DNA of 32,076 nt, from positions 1 to 32,076 of the IMG/VR virus record IMGVR_UViG_2802429236_000001; one strand, given 5' to 3'. Shown here piece by piece: positions 1-7,456 of this stretch. Position 1 is the first letter of the stretch, and each line of letters starts with the position of its first letter. Made by a program: the position numbers and the translations under genes. The notes beneath the pieces were generated by a model. The model was not told the DNA's origin. It worked only from the letters and a program-made list of their open reading frames with translations, and searched no databases. The stretch is from a virus (Duplodnaviria; Heunggongvirae; Uroviricota; Caudoviricetes).

Positions 1-97
1 CCAGCACATTGATTCTGCCATTCCGGGACGTTACACTGTTCAGGCACCTTATAAAACGGGTGCCGGGCGTGGAAACCCGGAATTCACCAAAGCGCAC

Positions 98-120
98 AAC
101 CGCGCTCTTGCGGTTTTTTT
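98..120 (+). terminator. Putative intrinsic terminator upstream of rha
   Basis: Hairpin AACCGC-gctctt-GCGGTT followed by a run of 7 T. The track ORF 9..197 reads straight through it and is therefore doubted. Confidence 0.4.
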
Positions 121-190
121 GTGTCATGAGCAGCATTACGCCCAAATTATGGTGGGGCGTGCAGGGCCAACTTCGGTTGGGCCGGGTTCT

Positions 191-276
191 TTGGTGACCG
201 GTATTTCCACCCCTGTACGTCTCACCACCAATAAGGTCGTGGAAAGCCTTGGTGGTGAGTTATTAAAAATCACCAA
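191..276. promoter_or_regulatory. Nested inverted repeats (TTGGTGA / TCACCACCAA / TTGGTGGTGA / TCACCAA), operator-like element upstream of rha
   Basis: Seen directly: TTGGTGA at 191-197, TCACCACCAA at 222-231, its perfect reverse complement TTGGTGGTGA at 249-258, and TCACCAA at 270-276, about 15 bp before the rha RBS/ATG. Confidence 0.35.
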
Positions 277-289
277 AGAGGCTGCCATC

Positions 290-835
290 ATGGCTACGAT
301 CCCAACCCTCACTCAACCTGAAATTGCCATCGTTGATGGTCAGGCTGTTACTTCATCCCTGGCTGTTGCCAACTTCTTCTCCAAACGTCATGACGATGTA
401 CTGAAAAAGATCCGCACGCTTGAATGCTCAGCATCATTCACTGCCCGCAATTTTTCGGTGAGTGATTACACTGATTGCACAGGTCGCAAACTTCCTTGCT
501 ACCAAATAACCCGCGACGGCTTTGCGTTTCTTGCTATGGGTTTCACGGGTAAACGTGCTGCCCAGTTCAAAGAGGCATACATCAATGCCTTTAACCAGAT
601 GGAGAAACAGCTTTCAAATCCCTCTGTACTGAGCGACGTTGCACATAACGCCAGCGTTCTCTATTCCTACATTTCATCAATTCATCAGGTCTGGCTGCAG
701 CAGCTTTATCCTATGTTGGCAAAAGCCGAATCTCCGCTGGCTGTTAGCTTGTATGACTATATTAATGATGCTTCGGCACTGGCCTGCCTCATAAATTTGT
801 CGCTGAACCCTTCAGAGGTAAGGGGGCGCAAATGA
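290..835 (+). CDS. rha: Rha family phage regulatory protein (antirepressor-like)
   Basis: 181 aa from the ATG at 290, preceded by AAAGAGG. N-terminal pattern MATIPTL..IAIVDGQAVTSSL.VA..F.KRHDDVLKKI..L...NF......D..GRKLP.YQITRDGF.FLAMGFTGKRAAQFK is typical of the Rha domain. The track ORF begins upstream at 119, but the internal ATG has the RBS. Confidence 0.7.
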   Translation: MATIPTLTQPEIAIVDGQAVTSSLAVANFFSKRHDDVLKKIRTLECSASFTARNFSVSDYTDCTGRKLPCYQITRDGFAFLAMGFTGKRAAQFKEAYINAFNQMEKQLSNPSVLSDVAHNASVLYSYISSIHQVWLQQLYPMLAKAESPLAVSLYDYINDASALACLINLSLNPSEVRGRK

Positions 836-1056
836 TCCGGAATATTTTCAAACGGTTTACCAATCAGACTTTCCGTTGTCCTCGTCCGGGTCAGTGGTAC
901 ACCACACCTGCAGGGCATGTTCTACGTGTTAGCCTGGTTGACCGTGAATGTCAGAAGGTGATTTGTGAACCGCTGGGCCGTAGTTACCGCGTCAGTATGC
1001 CGCTTATAGCCTTTCGCTCCGGAAAAAACATGAAGCATCTCGGAGGTGCAGCATGA
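832..1056 (+). CDS. Hypothetical small phage protein (74 aa)
   Basis: ATGA start/stop overlap with rha upstream and with the replication gene downstream (translational coupling). No family recognised. Confidence 0.45.
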   Translation: MIRNIFKRFTNQTFRCPRPGQWYTTPAGHVLRVSLVDRECQKVICEPLGRSYRVSMPLIAFRSGKNMKHLGGAA

Positions 1057-1871
1057 GTATGGAGCTGATGGTTAAAGCGATGAAAATTCGAGTGGGTAAT
1101 CCATTGCGAAAACTGGTTCTGATCAAGCTGGCTGATAATGCCAGCGATCAGGGCGAGTGCTGGCCCAGCTATCAGCATATCGCTGATCAGTGCGAGATTA
1201 GCAAACGTTCTGTGATGAATCATATTGCGGCCCTCTGTGAGTCCGGGCTGGTAAAAAAAGTCACCCGGAAAGGTGAAAAAGGTAACTCAAGTAATATCTA
1301 TCTTCTTCATCTTGATGGTGCAGGAGATTCACTAGGGGGTAGTGCAAATAATTCACTATCTGGTGCAGCAAATTCACCAGGTAGTGCAGGAGTTGCACCA
1401 GGGGGTAGTGCAGGAGATTCACCCAGAACCAGTCACTCTTTTGAACCAGTCAAAGAACCAGTCAATGAACCAATAGCTGTTGGTGCATCTGCTGATGAGT
1501 CTGTGCGAGTTCGTTCAAACCGACCGGAATACTCTCCGGAGTTTGAGCAGGCATGGCTGGCATACCCCAAACGTGCTGGTGGCAATTCAAAATCAGCAGC
1601 CTTCAAAGCCTGGAAAGCCCGTTTGAATGAGGGGGTAAACCCCGAAACCATGCTGGAAGGTGTGAAACGCTACTCGTGCTGGGTATCTGCGATGGGTAAC
1701 AGCGGCACACAATTTGTGAAACAGGCTGTCACGTTCTTTGGTCCGGATCGTCATTTCGAAGAATCCTGGGAAGTTCCTGCGGTATCTGCAGCCAGACGCG
1801 AGGACCCGTACTTCAAAGCCAGTTACGACAACGTGGACTACAGCCAGATCCCGGCAGGATTCAGGGGGTGA
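1053..1871 (+). CDS. Phage replication initiation protein (N-terminal helix-turn-helix domain, Gly/Ser/Ala-rich linker, conserved C-terminal domain)
   Basis: N-terminus LRKLVLIKLADNASDQGECWPSYQHIADQCEISKRSVMNHIAALCESGLV resembles HTH replication initiator domains. The C-terminal EFEQAWLAYPKRAGGNSKSAAFKAWKARL block is common in prophage replication proteins. Iteron-like repeats lie inside the gene. Confidence 0.65.
   Translation: MSMELMVKAMKIRVGNPLRKLVLIKLADNASDQGECWPSYQHIADQCEISKRSVMNHIAALCESGLVKKVTRKGEKGNSSNIYLLHLDGAGDSLGGSANNSLSGAANSPGSAGVAPGGSAGDSPRTSHSFEPVKEPVNEPIAVGASADESVRVRSNRPEYSPEFEQAWLAYPKRAGGNSKSAAFKAWKARLNEGVNPETMLEGVKRYSCWVSAMGNSGTQFVKQAVTFFGPDRHFEESWEVPAVSAARREDPYFKASYDNVDYSQIPAGFRG
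1317..1476. repeat. Iteron-like tandem repeats (candidate ori) inside the replication gene
   Basis: Five imperfect copies of about 19-22 bp, consensus GGTRGTGCAGGAGATTCAC, starting near 1317, 1339, 1362, 1380 and 1405. They are followed by 2.5 tandem copies of GAACCAGTCAA at 1443-1476. This mirrors the lambda arrangement of ori iterons inside gene O. Confidence 0.5.
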
Positions 1872-1873
1872 TT

Positions 1874-2362
1874 ATGAGTCTTTTGAATGAAGTTCAGAAA
1901 TTCATTGAAGCCCATCCGGGGTGTACTTCCGGAGACATTGCGGATGCTTTTGCAGGTTACTCACGGCAGCGCGTTCTGCAGTCAGCAAGCAAGTTACGTC
2001 AGAGTGGGCGTGTGGATCACCGTTGTGAAGGAGATACACGCAGACATTTCCCGCGCCTGACTGAGAGAGCGCAGGAACCGGAACCACAACCAGTTCGTGA
2101 AACCAGACCTGTGCGCAATTCCTATGTCGGCACTAACGATCCCCGTGTGATTTTGTGCCTGACCCGCCAGGCTGAAGAACTGGAGTCCAGGGGCTTATAC
2201 CGTCGTGCTGCAACGGTGTGGATGGCGGCATTCCGTGAAAGCCACTCCCAGCCAGAACGAAACAATTTTCTGGCACGTCGTGAGCGGTGCTTACGGAAAA
2301 GCAGCAAGCGCGCTGCATCGGGTGAAGAGTGGTATCTGTCAGGGAATTTCGTGGGGGCTTAA
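1874..2362 (+). CDS. Putative PerC-like transcriptional regulator (winged-helix-like N-terminus plus PerC-like C-terminus)
   Basis: 162 aa from the ATG at 1874, with GGGGG RBS-like sequence upstream. C-terminal AEELESRGLYRRAATVWMAAF resembles the PerC/Pch family core, recalled from memory, no search run. Confidence 0.4.
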   Translation: MSLLNEVQKFIEAHPGCTSGDIADAFAGYSRQRVLQSASKLRQSGRVDHRCEGDTRRHFPRLTERAQEPEPQPVRETRPVRNSYVGTNDPRVILCLTRQAEELESRGLYRRAATVWMAAFRESHSQPERNNFLARRERCLRKSSKRAASGEEWYLSGNFVGA

Positions 2363-3015
2363 TGAGTAATAAATATTGCCAGGCGCTGGTGGAACTGCGG
2401 AACAAACCAGCCCATGAACTGAAGGAAGTGGGCGATCAGTGGCGCACGCCGGACAACATTTTCTGGGGAATTAACACCCTGTTTGGCCCGTTTGTTCTGG
2501 ATCTGTTCACTGACGGTGATAACGCCAAATGTGCTGCGTATTACACGGCGGAAGACAACGCGCTGGCGCATGACTGGTCAGAACGTCTTGCGGAGCTTAA
2601 AGGGGCTGCCTTTGGTAATCCCCCATACAGCCGCGCCAGTCAGCATGAGGGGCAATACATCACCGGCATGCGTTACATCATGAAACATGCCAGTGCCATG
2701 CGTGATAAGGGTGGGCGCTATGTTTTCCTGATCAAAGCTGCCACCAGCGAAGTGTGGTGGCCGGAAGATGCAGACCATATTGCTTTTATTCGCGGGCGTA
2801 TTGGTTTTGAACTGCCTGCCTGGTTTATCCCGAAGGATGAGAAGCAGGTGCCGACAGGCGCGTTCTTCGCTGGTGCTATTGCTGTTTTCGACAAGACCTG
2901 GAAGGGACCGGCAATCAGCTACATCGGGCGCGATGAACTTGAGGCATGTGGTGAGGCGTTTTTGGCGCAGGTTCGCCAGCAGGCAGAAAAACTTGTCAGG
3001 GAGATGGCGGCATGA
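2362..3015 (+). CDS. Phage N6-adenine DNA methyltransferase (Dam-like orphan MTase)
   Basis: 217 aa; catalytic motif GNPPYS (motif IV of amino-methyltransferases). Start ATG overlaps the upstream stop (TAATG). Matches the small phage N-6-adenine-methyltransferase family seen in lambdoid prophages. Confidence 0.7.
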   Translation: MSNKYCQALVELRNKPAHELKEVGDQWRTPDNIFWGINTLFGPFVLDLFTDGDNAKCAAYYTAEDNALAHDWSERLAELKGAAFGNPPYSRASQHEGQYITGMRYIMKHASAMRDKGGRYVFLIKAATSEVWWPEDADHIAFIRGRIGFELPAWFIPKDEKQVPTGAFFAGAIAVFDKTWKGPAISYIGRDELEACGEAFLAQVRQQAEKLVREMAA

Positions 3016-3338
3016 CGACGTTAACTCAATGCCAGCAGCAGGTGCTGGATATGCTGATTTCTTACCAGCAAGAGCGTGGCTTTCCGCCAACCAATCAGGA
3101 GGTGGCAACCATGCTGGGATACCGTTCAGTGAATGCAGCGGTGGAGCATCTTCGCGCACTGGAGAAAAAAGGCGTCATCACGATAAAGCGTGGCGTGGCC
3201 CGGGGCATCACGCTTCATACCACGGTGAAGGACGACGACAGCGAGGCGGTCGGGATTATCCGCTCACTGCTTGCCGGTGAGGAAAACGCAAGGCTGCGTG
3301 CAGCCCACTGGTTACATGAGAGGGGCCTGAAAGTATGA
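3012..3338 (+). CDS. LexA-like N-terminal DNA-binding domain protein, no peptidase domain
   Basis: 108 aa; LTQCQQQVLDMLISYQQERGFPPTNQEVATMLGYRSVNAAVEHLRALEKKGVITI closely parallels the LexA winged-HTH domain. The C-terminal S24 peptidase/dimerisation domain is absent. ATGA overlap with the upstream gene. Confidence 0.65.
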   Translation: MTTLTQCQQQVLDMLISYQQERGFPPTNQEVATMLGYRSVNAAVEHLRALEKKGVITIKRGVARGITLHTTVKDDDSEAVGIIRSLLAGEENARLRAAHWLHERGLKV

Positions 3339-3724
3339 AGCTGATCCTGCCTTTTCCGCCCAGCGTGAACACGTACTGGCGACACCCCAACAAAGGGGCG
3401 TTTGCAGGTAAGAGCCTGATAAGCGCGGCGGGGCGCAAATTCCAGGGCGCGGCGTGTGCCGCCATCATTGAGCAGTTACGTCGTCTGCCGAAACCAACGT
3501 CGGCACCTGCTTCAGTGGAGATCGTGTTGTTTCCACCGGATAACCGGATCCGCGATCTGGATAACTATAACAAGGCGCTGTTTGACGCCCTGACCCACGC
3601 GGGTGTGTGGGAAGACGACAGCCAGGTGAAAAGAATGCTGGTGGAGTGGGGACCGGTTATCCCGGAAGGGAAGGTCGAGATCACTATAAGTAAGTACGAG
3701 AAAACGGCGGGTGCAGCCGCCTGA
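3335..3724 (+). CDS. rusA: RusA family Holliday junction resolvase
   Basis: 129 aa; MKLILPFPPSVNTYW...DLDNYNKALFDALTHAGVWEDDSQV matches RusA signature regions including the acidic catalytic residues. Confidence 0.8.
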   Translation: MKLILPFPPSVNTYWRHPNKGAFAGKSLISAAGRKFQGAACAAIIEQLRRLPKPTSAPASVEIVLFPPDNRIRDLDNYNKALFDALTHAGVWEDDSQVKRMLVEWGPVIPEGKVEITISKYEKTAGAAA

Positions 3725-3743
3725 TTAAGAGGAGAAACGAAGT

Positions 3744-4553
3744 ATGAATAATCTGATGGTCATTGATGGTATTGAAGTTCGTCGTGATGCTTATGGTCGT
3801 TACAGCCTGAACGATCTGCATCGCGCAGCAGTAGCATCTGGTGCAAATGCCAGAACCAAGGAGCCAGGAAAGTTTCTTTCCAGCCAACAAACTGTTGAGC
3901 TTGTTCATGAATTGACCAACACCCAGAATTTGGGTGTTGACCCGGTGAGTGTGATTCATGGGGGAAATGAACGGGGAACGTATGTCTGTAAGGAACTGGT
4001 GTATGCCTATGCAATGTGGATCAGCCCGTCATTCCATCTGAAGGTGATCCGTACTTTCGATATGGTAACCAGCGCACCGGAAAAATTATCCGGGCAAGCT
4101 GCTGACAAGATGCAGGCTGGAGTGATTCTGCTGGACTTTATGCGCAGGGAGTTAAACCTGTCTAACTCTTCAGTGCTTGGGGCCTGTCAGAAACTCCAGG
4201 AGGCTGTTGGCTTACCGAATCTGGCACCGCGCTATGCCATTGATGCTCCTGCTGATGCACACGATGGCTCAAGTCGCCCGACACTGTCACTGAGTGCACT
4301 GCTGAAACAGTATGGTATCCGCCTGACGGCTAATCAGGCATATCACCAGATGGTGAAGCTGGGGATCGTCGAGCAGCGCGAACGATACAGCCGTACCGCG
4401 ATTAACAACATCAAAAAATTCTGGTCGCTGACAGCGAAAGGCTGCATGTTCGGCAAGAACATCACCAGTCCCGCAAATCCGCGCGAGACGCAGCCGCATT
4501 TCTTCGAATCCCGATTCCCTGAGCTGTTAAAGCTGCTCGATACCGTTCATTGA
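3744..4553 (+). CDS. KilA-N domain-containing protein
   Basis: 269 aa with RBS AAGAGGAG. N-terminal VIDGIEVRRDAYGRYSLNDLHRAA...KELVYAYAMWISPSFHLKVI is a typical KilA-N domain. Confidence 0.6.
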   Translation: MNNLMVIDGIEVRRDAYGRYSLNDLHRAAVASGANARTKEPGKFLSSQQTVELVHELTNTQNLGVDPVSVIHGGNERGTYVCKELVYAYAMWISPSFHLKVIRTFDMVTSAPEKLSGQAADKMQAGVILLDFMRRELNLSNSSVLGACQKLQEAVGLPNLAPRYAIDAPADAHDGSSRPTLSLSALLKQYGIRLTANQAYHQMVKLGIVEQRERYSRTAINNIKKFWSLTAKGCMFGKNITSPANPRETQPHFFESRFPELLKLLDTVH

Positions 4554-4554
4554 G

Positions 4555-5550
4555 GTGACCGTGAGAGCACTACTGACCCCTGAAATTGCCCCGCGTATGG
4601 GGATCGTATTGTTCAGGCCAGGTTCAGAGCTGATGCCCCTGTTTATGCAGGGGCGTGTCCTGCTGGAGCCTGAGCCGGAACGTTATTCATCTTTCGCCAG
4701 TGGTGCCGTTCCGGCGGCATCACAACCGCTGGCGGATGATCCTGCCGTTCGGGCCGTGTTCCGCAATGAGGCAGTGATCCGTCGTGCTGGTGGCGTGGAA
4801 TGTCTTGAAAGCTGGTTACTTCGTGAAAAAGGCTGCCAGTGGCCTCATTCCGACTGGCACAGCGAGAACATGACCACAATGCGACACGCGCCGGGCGCAA
4901 TCCGTCTGTGCTGGCACTGCGATAACCAGCTGCGCGATCAGTTCACGGAACGGCTGGAATCAATGGCAACGGATAACTGTGCCCGCTGGGTGTTGTCTGT
5001 TGTGCGTCGGGATCTCGGTTTTGATGACAGTCACGTTGTGACAATGCCGGAACTGTGCTGGTGGCTGATTCGTAATGACCTGGCGGATGCCTTACCGGAA
5101 AGTGCAGCCCGTAAGGCACTGAGATTACCAAAGCCTGTTGTGCCGTCTGTCACCCGGGAAAGTGACCTTGTGCCTTCGGTTCCTGCCACCAGCATCATCC
5201 AGGATAAAGCGAAAAAGGTGCTGGCGCTGAAAGTGGATCCGGAGTCGCCGGAGTCTTTTATGTTACGCCCAAAACGTCGCCGCTGGGTTAATGAAAAGTA
5301 CACGCGCTGGGTTAAGACACAGCCGTGTGCATGTTGTGGAAAGCCCGCTGATGATCCCCACCACCTGATAGGTCACGGTCAGGGTGGAATGGGAACAAAA
5401 GCGCATGACCTCTTTGTGTTGCCTTTGTGCAGAAAGCATCACGACGAGCTGCATGCGGATACCGTGGCATTTGAAGAGAAGTATGGCTCCCAGCTGGAGC
5501 TGATATTTCGTTTTATCGATCGTGCGCTGGCAATAGGCGTATTGGTGTAA
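4555..5550 (+). CDS. DUF968 family phage protein (YdfU-like)
   Basis: C-terminus PCACCGKPADDPHHLIGHGQGGMGTKAHDLFVLPLCRKHHDELHAD is characteristic of DUF968. Start is GTG at 4555, or the GTG at 4561 / ATG at 4597 as alternatives. Confidence 0.6.
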   Translation: MTVRALLTPEIAPRMGIVLFRPGSELMPLFMQGRVLLEPEPERYSSFASGAVPAASQPLADDPAVRAVFRNEAVIRRAGGVECLESWLLREKGCQWPHSDWHSENMTTMRHAPGAIRLCWHCDNQLRDQFTERLESMATDNCARWVLSVVRRDLGFDDSHVVTMPELCWWLIRNDLADALPESAARKALRLPKPVVPSVTRESDLVPSVPATSIIQDKAKKVLALKVDPESPESFMLRPKRRRWVNEKYTRWVKTQPCACCGKPADDPHHLIGHGQGGMGTKAHDLFVLPLCRKHHDELHADTVAFEEKYGSQLELIFRFIDRALAIGVLV

Positions 5551-5563
5551 GTGGAGAACGAGC

Positions 5564-6316
5564 ATGAACCTTGAAGCCTTACCAAAATATTACTCCCCAA
5601 AATCTCCAAAATTGAGCGATGACGCACCGGCGACAGGCTCGGGTGGTTTAACAATTACGGATGTGATGGCTGCGCAGGGGATGGTGCAGTCGAAAGCACC
5701 GCTTGGGTTTGCCTTATTCCTGGCAAAAGTTGGTGTTCAGGATCCTCAGTTTGCGATTGAAGGTCTGCTCAATTACGCGATGGCACTGGATAACCCGACA
5801 TTGAACAAATTGAGTGAAGAAACCCGGTTACAGATCATCCCTTACCTTGTGAGTTTTGCCTTTGCTGATTATTCCAGGTCTGCGGCAAGTAAGGCTCGCT
5901 GTGAGCATTGTGCTGGTACTGGATTTCATAATGTATTGCGCGAAGTGGTGAAACACTCCAGAAGCGGGGAGTCTGTTATCAAGGAAGAGTGGGTGAAGGA
6001 ACTATGTCAGCATTGTCATGGTAAGGGAGAAGTCAGCACAGCGTGCAGAGGGTGTAAGGGTAAAGGTATTGTCCTGGATGAAAAAAGAACCCGGCTTCAT
6101 GGTACGCCTGTTTATAAGATTTGTGGGCGTTGCAATGGTAACCGGTTTAGCCGTTTACCAACCACACTGGCGCGGCATCATGTCCAGAAGCTGGTACCTG
6201 CCCTGACGGATTATCAGTGGTACAAAGGATATGCAGATGTCATTGATAAACTGGTTACAAAGTGCTGGCAGGAAGAAGCATATGCAGAGACACAATTGAG
6301 AAAAGTGACAAGATAA
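5564..6316 (+). CDS. Late-gene antitermination protein Q (Cys-rich, zinc-binding type)
   Basis: 250 aa, good RBS (GGAGAACGAGC-ATG). Multiple CxxC/HC pairs (CEHCAG, CQHCHG, CRGCKG, CGRCNG). It sits immediately upstream of the lysis cassette with a promoter plus terminator pair right after it. Confidence 0.65.
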   Translation: MNLEALPKYYSPKSPKLSDDAPATGSGGLTITDVMAAQGMVQSKAPLGFALFLAKVGVQDPQFAIEGLLNYAMALDNPTLNKLSEETRLQIIPYLVSFAFADYSRSAASKARCEHCAGTGFHNVLREVVKHSRSGESVIKEEWVKELCQHCHGKGEVSTACRGCKGKGIVLDEKRTRLHGTPVYKICGRCNGNRFSRLPTTLARHHVQKLVPALTDYQWYKGYADVIDKLVTKCWQEEAYAETQLRKVTR

Positions 6317-6347
6317 ATGATTTTCGCCGAAGATGGCGACGTAATTC

Positions 6348-6376
6348 TTGCATTTTTCAAAAAATCTGGTTAGGAT
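6348..6376 (+). promoter_or_regulatory. Candidate late promoter pR' (TTGCAT-N17-TAGGAT)
   Basis: Sigma70-like hexamers with 17 bp spacing, about 30 bp after the Q stop and about 50 bp before an intrinsic terminator. This is the geometry expected for pR'/qut/tR'. Confidence 0.4.
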
Positions 6377-6426
6377 TCTCCTAACGATGGGCTTTGTATG
6401 TCTGCTGTTAACGAAATTATAACAAA

Positions 6427-6455
6427 CCTCGCTTCGGCGGGGTTTTTGCTTTTCT
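6427..6455 (+). terminator. Intrinsic terminator (candidate tR')
   Basis: CCTCGC-ttcg-GCGGGG hairpin (one G-U pair) followed by TTTTTGCTTTTC. Confidence 0.55.
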
Positions 6456-6507
6456 GGAGGTCAATAATGCAGGGCGAAAAGCAGCAGCCATATTTTTTAA
6501 CCCTGGT

Positions 6508-6678
6508 ATGACTGTTGAACAGCTTGAAGACTGGCTGGAGCAGCAAAAGCTTCATCTAAGCCGCTATAACCGTCTGGTAAAAGAAAAAGCCGAGCTTGAA
6601 GAACGGCTCAGTGATATTTCTGTGGAAATTGAACGGATGTCTGCTGGTGGTTTTAACGGAAAGTTGAGTTTCCCCTAG
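6508..6678 (+). CDS. Small coiled-coil ORF (56 aa), preceded by a 14-codon leader ORF (6467-6511)
   Basis: Not in the supplied track (shorter than 60 aa). Leader ATG at 6467 has a GGAGG RBS 6 nt upstream; its TGA overlaps the ATG of the 56-aa ORF (ATGA). Translation: MTVEQLEDWLEQQKLHLSRYNRLVKEKAELEERLSDISVEIERMSAGGFNGKLSFP. Confidence 0.3.
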   Translation: MTVEQLEDWLEQQKLHLSRYNRLVKEKAELEERLSDISVEIERMSAGGFNGKLSFP

Positions 6679-6801
6679 GAGTCAAGTTCGCTTCTGAGAA
6701 ATCATCAACAGGGTAGTGTTTGACTGAAATAATAAACAGACTGTCATTAAGATCCCTTCCCTCATATCTGAGAGGACCAACAGCAATTAAGAGGGGGCTA
6801 A

Positions 6802-7188
6802 ATGTCCGATCCGATTTCCGGTACTGGGCTGGCTGGTGGTGCCCTGACGGGGGCCAGTGTTTATGGACTGCTGACCGGAACTGATTACGGCGTTGTATTT
6901 GGCGCATTTGCAGGGGCTGTATTCTACATAGCAACAGCAGCAGATCTGAGTGCATCACGCCGACTGGCATATTTTATCGTGTCATATATTGCCGGGATCC
7001 TGTGCTCTGGGTTGGTTGGCTCCAAGCTGGCGAACTTGACCGGATACAGTGATAAACCTCTGGATGCTATTGGTGCCGTAATCGTCTCTGCTTTAGCCGT
7101 TAAAATCCTGACATTCCTGAATAATCAGGATATCGGCTCGCTGGTGGCGCTCATAACACGCCGGGGAGGTTCAGGTGGAGCTAAATGA
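6802..7188 (+). CDS. Putative holin (multi-TM membrane protein)
   Basis: 128 aa, strong RBS AAGAGGGGG. Gly/Ala-rich hydrophobic segments. First gene of a cluster ending in the endolysin. Confidence 0.5.
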   Translation: MSDPISGTGLAGGALTGASVYGLLTGTDYGVVFGAFAGAVFYIATAADLSASRRLAYFIVSYIAGILCSGLVGSKLANLTGYSDKPLDAIGAVIVSALAVKILTFLNNQDIGSLVALITRRGGSGGAK

Positions 7189-7456
7189 CCCGACAGCAAC
7201 TATAAATGCGCTGTTATGTGCTTGTGTTGTTATTACTCTGATGTTTTATCGTCGTGGTGATTCGCGGCATCGTCCTTGGGTTTCACGTTTAGCCTGGTTG
7301 ATTACTGTTACATACAGTGCTGTTCCGTTGGCCTATCTCTGTGGGATTTATCCTCATTCCTCATGGCCCATTATCGTGGCGAACACTATTTTTCTTTCCG
7401 TGCTGGTGGCCGTCAGAGGCAACGTTGCACGTCTGGTTGATCATCTGAGGCACTAA
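7175..7456 (+). CDS. Putative holin/antiholin-like membrane protein
   Basis: 93 aa, GTG start preceded by GGGGAGG. Two to three hydrophobic helices. Overlaps the upstream gene; its stop overlaps the endolysin ATG. Confidence 0.45.
   Translation: MELNDPTATINALLCACVVITLMFYRRGDSRHRPWVSRLAWLITVTYSAVPLAYLCGIYPHSSWPIIVANTIFLSVLVAVRGNVARLVDHLRH

Noticed and set aside
9-197. 62-aa + strand ORF at the window start
   Set aside because: It reads through a terminator-like hairpin plus T-run (98-120), has no RBS and no recognisable features.
119-289. N-terminal extension of the rha ORF (track start at 119)
   Set aside because: The internal ATG at 290 has a proper RBS and begins the conserved Rha N-terminus; the upstream extension overlaps the inverted-repeat regulatory element.
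1317-1476. Possibility that the tandem repeats are a CRISPR array or minisatellite
   Set aside because: Repeats are imperfect, ~21 bp, contiguous without unique spacers, and lie within a replication initiator gene; iterons are the better explanation.
2578-3159. 193-aa minus-strand ORF
   Set aside because: Antisense across the Dam-like MTase and LexA-domain genes, both of which have clear sense-strand motifs.
6317-6801. Search for tRNA genes or toxin cargo between Q and the lysis genes
   Set aside because: No tRNA-like cloverleaf signatures and no long ORF; only the promoter, terminator and mini-ORFs are present.
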